From Gemmatimonadota bacterium (GTDB taxonomy: Bacteria > Gemmatimonadota > Gemmatimonadetes > Gemmatimonadales > GWC2-71-9), in NCBI GenBank assembly GCA_022573095.1, contig JACZUR010000001.1, forward strand, positions 1 through 26,785: DNA of 26,785 nucleotides. Reading direction: 5' to 3'. The notes under the pieces were generated by a model that saw only the letters and a list, made by a program, of their open reading frames with translations, ran no database searches and was not told the DNA's origin. A program made the translations under genes and the position numbers. Shown one piece after another: positions 23,732-26,785 of the stretch. How positions within the stretch are numbered: position 1 is the first letter of the stretch; each line of letters starts with the position of its first letter.

Positions 23732-26700
23732 TGGATCTGTCCCGCCGTGAAATTCACTTGAGCAAAAATAGTAAACACGGTCTGTGAAGTCTTGCTGGAG
23801 TTGTGTAGCTGCTCTGTTATCAACCGGCTGAAGCTCACGCCACCTCTTACTGTAGGTGAAAAGCCGGTATCTAGATTCACAGCTATCTGAGATCTGCGGC
23901 TGTCGGAAATCGCAAGACATTCGGGTTCGTCCCGCTTCAACAAACACACCGTCGATTTGTTGGTCGTAAACGAGACCGTCGCAAGTATGGGACTTGGCAG
24001 TCTTGCAACGGAGCGGGGAACACGCAAGCTAAAGCTTAGGCTTCCGAGCCAGCCCACCTGATCCGTTATTGTAAGATTTCCTGAGCTTAGGGCTTCTGAG
24101 CGGACTTGGCTGAATTGAGCTTGCGTCGTAATACCGCCCCCCCAAGTCAACGTAAGTGAGGGCGTCAGCGTGGTTGATTCCCTGCCGGTTTGGGCAAGTG
24201 AAACGCCTGCACCTGGGCCTCCACCCTCTCCACCCAAAGAGGCAAATCCCGGTTGCACCGTCGAAGTTTCATTCTTGCGATACGCGGCCCGTGCCGAAAT
24301 ACCAGAGAGAACTCTTCGGATTGATCCCCGTGGACTGAGCGTCCAATCAAACCTGAGAGACGGCCATTCGGTGTTACTCTGGCGGATCTGGATCTGAGCG
24401 TCTCCTCGTTTGGTGAAGGTCTCAGAAGTACCCCGGCGGTAATTGAGATTCACTCTCATGCCAAACGGCAAACGGGTGCCGCCCGTCACAGTCCACGTCT
24501 TGCTTTCCGTCGCGGACGTCGCAAGCACGCCGTTGTGGCTCCTAAATTCGTCCAGTTTCCCAAGCGCCAACTGATATCTGAGGCCAGTACGAAACGGTAC
24601 TCTGTCAAACGCTGAGGTCCTTTGGATCAAGTAGGAGAGGTCCAGAGGGGCGACCCCTCTAACGAGAGCCGCAAGCGCACTCGAGTCGCCAAAGATACCA
24701 CCGACAAGTCGTCTAAAGTCGAATCGCGAACCGAACTCTCGATTACGACTATTCCTCACTGACTCTGCCACCTTGAATCCACCGATCGAGTCGCCCGTTT
24801 CTCGGACCGGGTTTGGATTGTTCGGATCTCGATTGAAGCTGTACGTTGTCGCGACGATGATTCGCGGACTGAGCCAACTCGACACGACGGGACGGAGATT
24901 GACGTTGGTACTTAGCGTTCTGCTTCTTTCGAATCCCACCTCTGTACCCGCAAAATTCCTTCGCTCCGAGGCAAGCAGTCGACCGATGGTCGTCGAGTCT
25001 CCGTAATCTTGAAGATCTCTCAAACTGGAGTAGGATGCCCGCACATTGAAAGTAGACATCGGGCGAAGGTCAATCGAACTGGTATTCGTCCAGGTGTGAT
25101 TGATGCTGCGCGTGGGGCGGATAACCGTATCGCGTGCAAGCGCCACCGGTACCCTAAACGACGTGCGCTCAGAGCGGTTGTTAGTGATCTGTGAAGTCAC
25201 GGTGAACTGCACCGGGTTCCAGCGCAGCCTAGATGTCCTCAATGACTTACCGAACTCACTTCCCCTGATGAAACGGGGCATCAGATTCAACAACTTTAGC
25301 ACAAAGCCGGGAGCTGCGCGAACGGTCTTGGCGTCTGCCAACCTGTTGTACCGGACACGGAGCTGACGATTGGACGCCTCCGCCTCGCTGAGCAATTGAA
25401 CACTCTCCGACTCCTGAGCTAGCGCGAAAAGAGAGAACGGATCTAGCAAGTTCCTTGCCAAGAAGCTTTCCCCACGCCGCAGTCGCCGGAGTGACATCTG
25501 ATAGGTCGAGGAACGTGAGTTTGGACTTCTCAGCCCACTTATTTCCTCACCCAACACGTCGCTACGGTTTAGAAAGAAAGGATTTTCCCGAGCATTCCGG
25601 ATCTGGACCGAAATTGGAATGCTCATTCCCCACGAAACGGGCATCAGCTTGTCCACTCTAAAAGACGAAGAAAACCTACTCTCACGATTGCCGATGTAGT
25701 TGGGTGTTTCCCCCGGAAGCTGGAACCGGTCGTCCACACTGGTAAAAGAGTAATTGATCTCTGCAACGTCGGCGGCGGACAACTGAATATTGATGGCACT
25801 CGCCAGCCCGGCATCGCCGATTACGTCATCCAGCCTCATATCGTCCACCCACAATTCGGCCTGGTCCACAAAAGTTCCGTCGGAAACCCTCAATATCCCA
25901 ACTGCAACTTCCGACACCCTCGCAAGATTTGGGGGGGAGACCCCTGGATTGTCGACGTGAACTATGTAGGGCCCGCTGCAGACGACGAACGCCGTCTCGT
26001 TACCTCCGCATTCAGCGGATCCGGAAGGCTGTTCGCCTCGCAGCCATCTGGACTCAGCTTCCGCACGCAGAGACAACCAACGCTGTATTTCGATTACTAT
26101 CTCTGGTTCCCACGTGTCGGTGTTTACCGGGGTTCTATACATGTAGAAGTTGTCTTCGTCCCGGCCGACCTTGACGTAAAACTCGAAATCACCTTCTGCC
26201 CAGCCGGCACCGCGCCCTCTTGCCCATATTTTGAGCGTTCTATACCTCAGAAAATTCTTGTCCGCTTCATCGAAGAACCGCTGAAAGGCCTCCGCTCGCT
26301 CTCCGGTCCTAAGATCGGTGGCGAGCACCCGTAGAGATATCTCATTGATCTGAATGGACCCGAAGGCAAACCCCGTACCAGCCTGAGCGGCCTGATTCGT
26401 GACGCCGGGGGGTGAAGTGTAACCTAGATCCCTATTTTCGGTTGAAACGACGCTAACTACGACCCCGCCGTGAGCCTCCCCCCGGAGGCCAGCGATGCCA
26501 GCTATTGGCGTGCTTGCTCGCTTGAGCCAAGGAGCGCCAAGCAGGCGGAACCGCGCAAGCGCGATAAATAGATCTTTCTCCTCCACCGCAGCGGGAGCTA
26601 CGAACGTGAGCCTGAATGACTCGATTTGACGCATGTTAGGCTGGCCAACCGGAACATTGTCCGCCTGGAACGAAATTCTGTACAACCTCCATCTCAGGGT

Positions 26701-26784
26701 CCCCCCACTGGCGCTCGGAATTGAGCCTCCATCCCGCACGTAGAACTGTTCGCCTCCGATCGGAAAGACATACCGAAAATAGTT
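23728..26784 (-). CDS. sprA: SprA-like large outer-membrane beta-barrel protein, C-terminal ~1018 aa (5' truncated)
   Basis: The frame stays open to the window edge (NYFRYVFPIGGEQFYVRDGG...). Segments YRTLKIWARG, KVGRDEDNFYMY, LWVDDMRL and SAADVAEINY recall the SprA/Sov C-terminal half, followed by many amphipathic beta-strands. Recognised by motif memory only. Confidence 0.68.
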   Translation of the reverse strand, partial: NYFRYVFPIGGEQFYVRDGGSIPSASGGTLRWRLYRISFQADNVPVGQPNMRQIESFRLTFVAPAAVEEKDLFIALARFRLLGAPWLKRASTPIAGIAGLRGEAHGGVVVSVVSTENRDLGYTSPPGVTNQAAQAGTGFAFGSIQINEISLRVLATDLRTGERAEAFQRFFDEADKNFLRYRTLKIWARGRGAGWAEGDFEFYVKVGRDEDNFYMYRTPVNTDTWEPEIVIEIQRWLSLRAEAESRWLRGEQPSGSAECGGNETAFVVCSGPYIVHVDNPGVSPPNLARVSEVAVGILRVSDGTFVDQAELWVDDMRLDDVIGDAGLASAINIQLSAADVAEINYSFTSVDDRFQLPGETPNYIGNRESRFSSSFRVDKLMPVSWGMSIPISVQIRNARENPFFLNRSDVLGEEISGLRSPNSRSSTYQMSLRRLRRGESFLARNLLDPFSLFALAQESESVQLLSEAEASNRQLRVRYNRLADAKTVRAAPGFVLKLLNLMPRFIRGSEFGKSLRTSRLRWNPVQFTVTSQITNNRSERTSFRVPVALARDTVIRPTRSINHTWTNTSSIDLRPMSTFNVRASYSSLRDLQDYGDSTTIGRLLASERRNFAGTEVGFERSRTLSTNVNLRPVVSSWLSPRIIVATTYSFNRDPNNPNPVRETGDSIGGFKVAESVRNSRNREFGSRFDFRRLVGGIFGDSSALAALVRGVAPLDLSYLIQRTSAFDRVPFRTGLRYQLALGKLDEFRSHNGVLATSATESKTWTVTGGTRLPFGMRVNLNYRRGTSETFTKRGDAQIQIRQSNTEWPSLRFDWTLSPRGSIRRVLSGISARAAYRKNETSTVQPGFASLGGEGGGPGAGVSLAQTGRESTTLTPSLTLTWGGGITTQAQFSQVRSEALSSGNLTITDQVGWLGSLSFSLRVPRSVARLPSPILATVSFTTNKSTVCLLKRDEPECLAISDSRRSQIAVNLDTGFSPTVRGGVSFSRLITEQLHNSSKTSQTVFTIFAQVNFTAGQIQ

Positions 26785-26785
26785 C

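Noticed and set aside
23732-23947. 72-aa N-terminal extension of the M28 ORF
   Set aside because: Lies within the sprA-like gene. The ATG at 23731 gives a lipoprotein signal and an ATGA overlap.
1-26785. CRISPR arrays, tRNA/rRNA genes, IS elements
   Set aside because: No repeat-spacer periodicity, cloverleaf, rRNA-like sequence or transposase motifs were seen; intergenic spaces are short and accounted for.

Overview
All credible genes lie on the minus strand and form one type IV pilus (T4P) locus. The lineage looks like Gemmatimonadota, which is an inference from pilin style and the sprA-pil neighbourhood, not a database result. Order in the direction of transcription: sprA-like outer-membrane protein (5' truncated) > M28/glutaminyl-cyclase-like lipoprotein > comEA > pilB (with a complete tandem MshEN motif) > pilT > pilC > terminator > pilS > pilR > SAM methyltransferase > DPM-synthase-like GT2 > five GT-C-type membrane glycosyltransferases (two 662-aa paralogues, a TMTC-like TPR protein, a 501-aa ArnT/PMT-like protein, a second TMTC-like TPR protein) > sigma-54 promoter > pilA1 > hairpin > pilA2 > second HAMP kinase / sigma-54 activator pair > second sigma-54 promoter > a third prepilin gene (MTRRG|FTLIEIIVV) that is absent from the ORF track and runs off the window edge. 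The main candidate for an undescribed system is the ~10.8-kb glycosylation cassette between pilR and pilA. It appears to encode a polyprenol-phosphate-sugar-dependent, multi-enzyme pilin glycosylation line, including two bacterial proteins that carry the motif series of eukaryotic TMTC protein O-mannosyltransferases. Phased candidate enhancer repeats sit upstream of both sigma-54 promoters. All family assignments are by motif recognition only; no searches were run.
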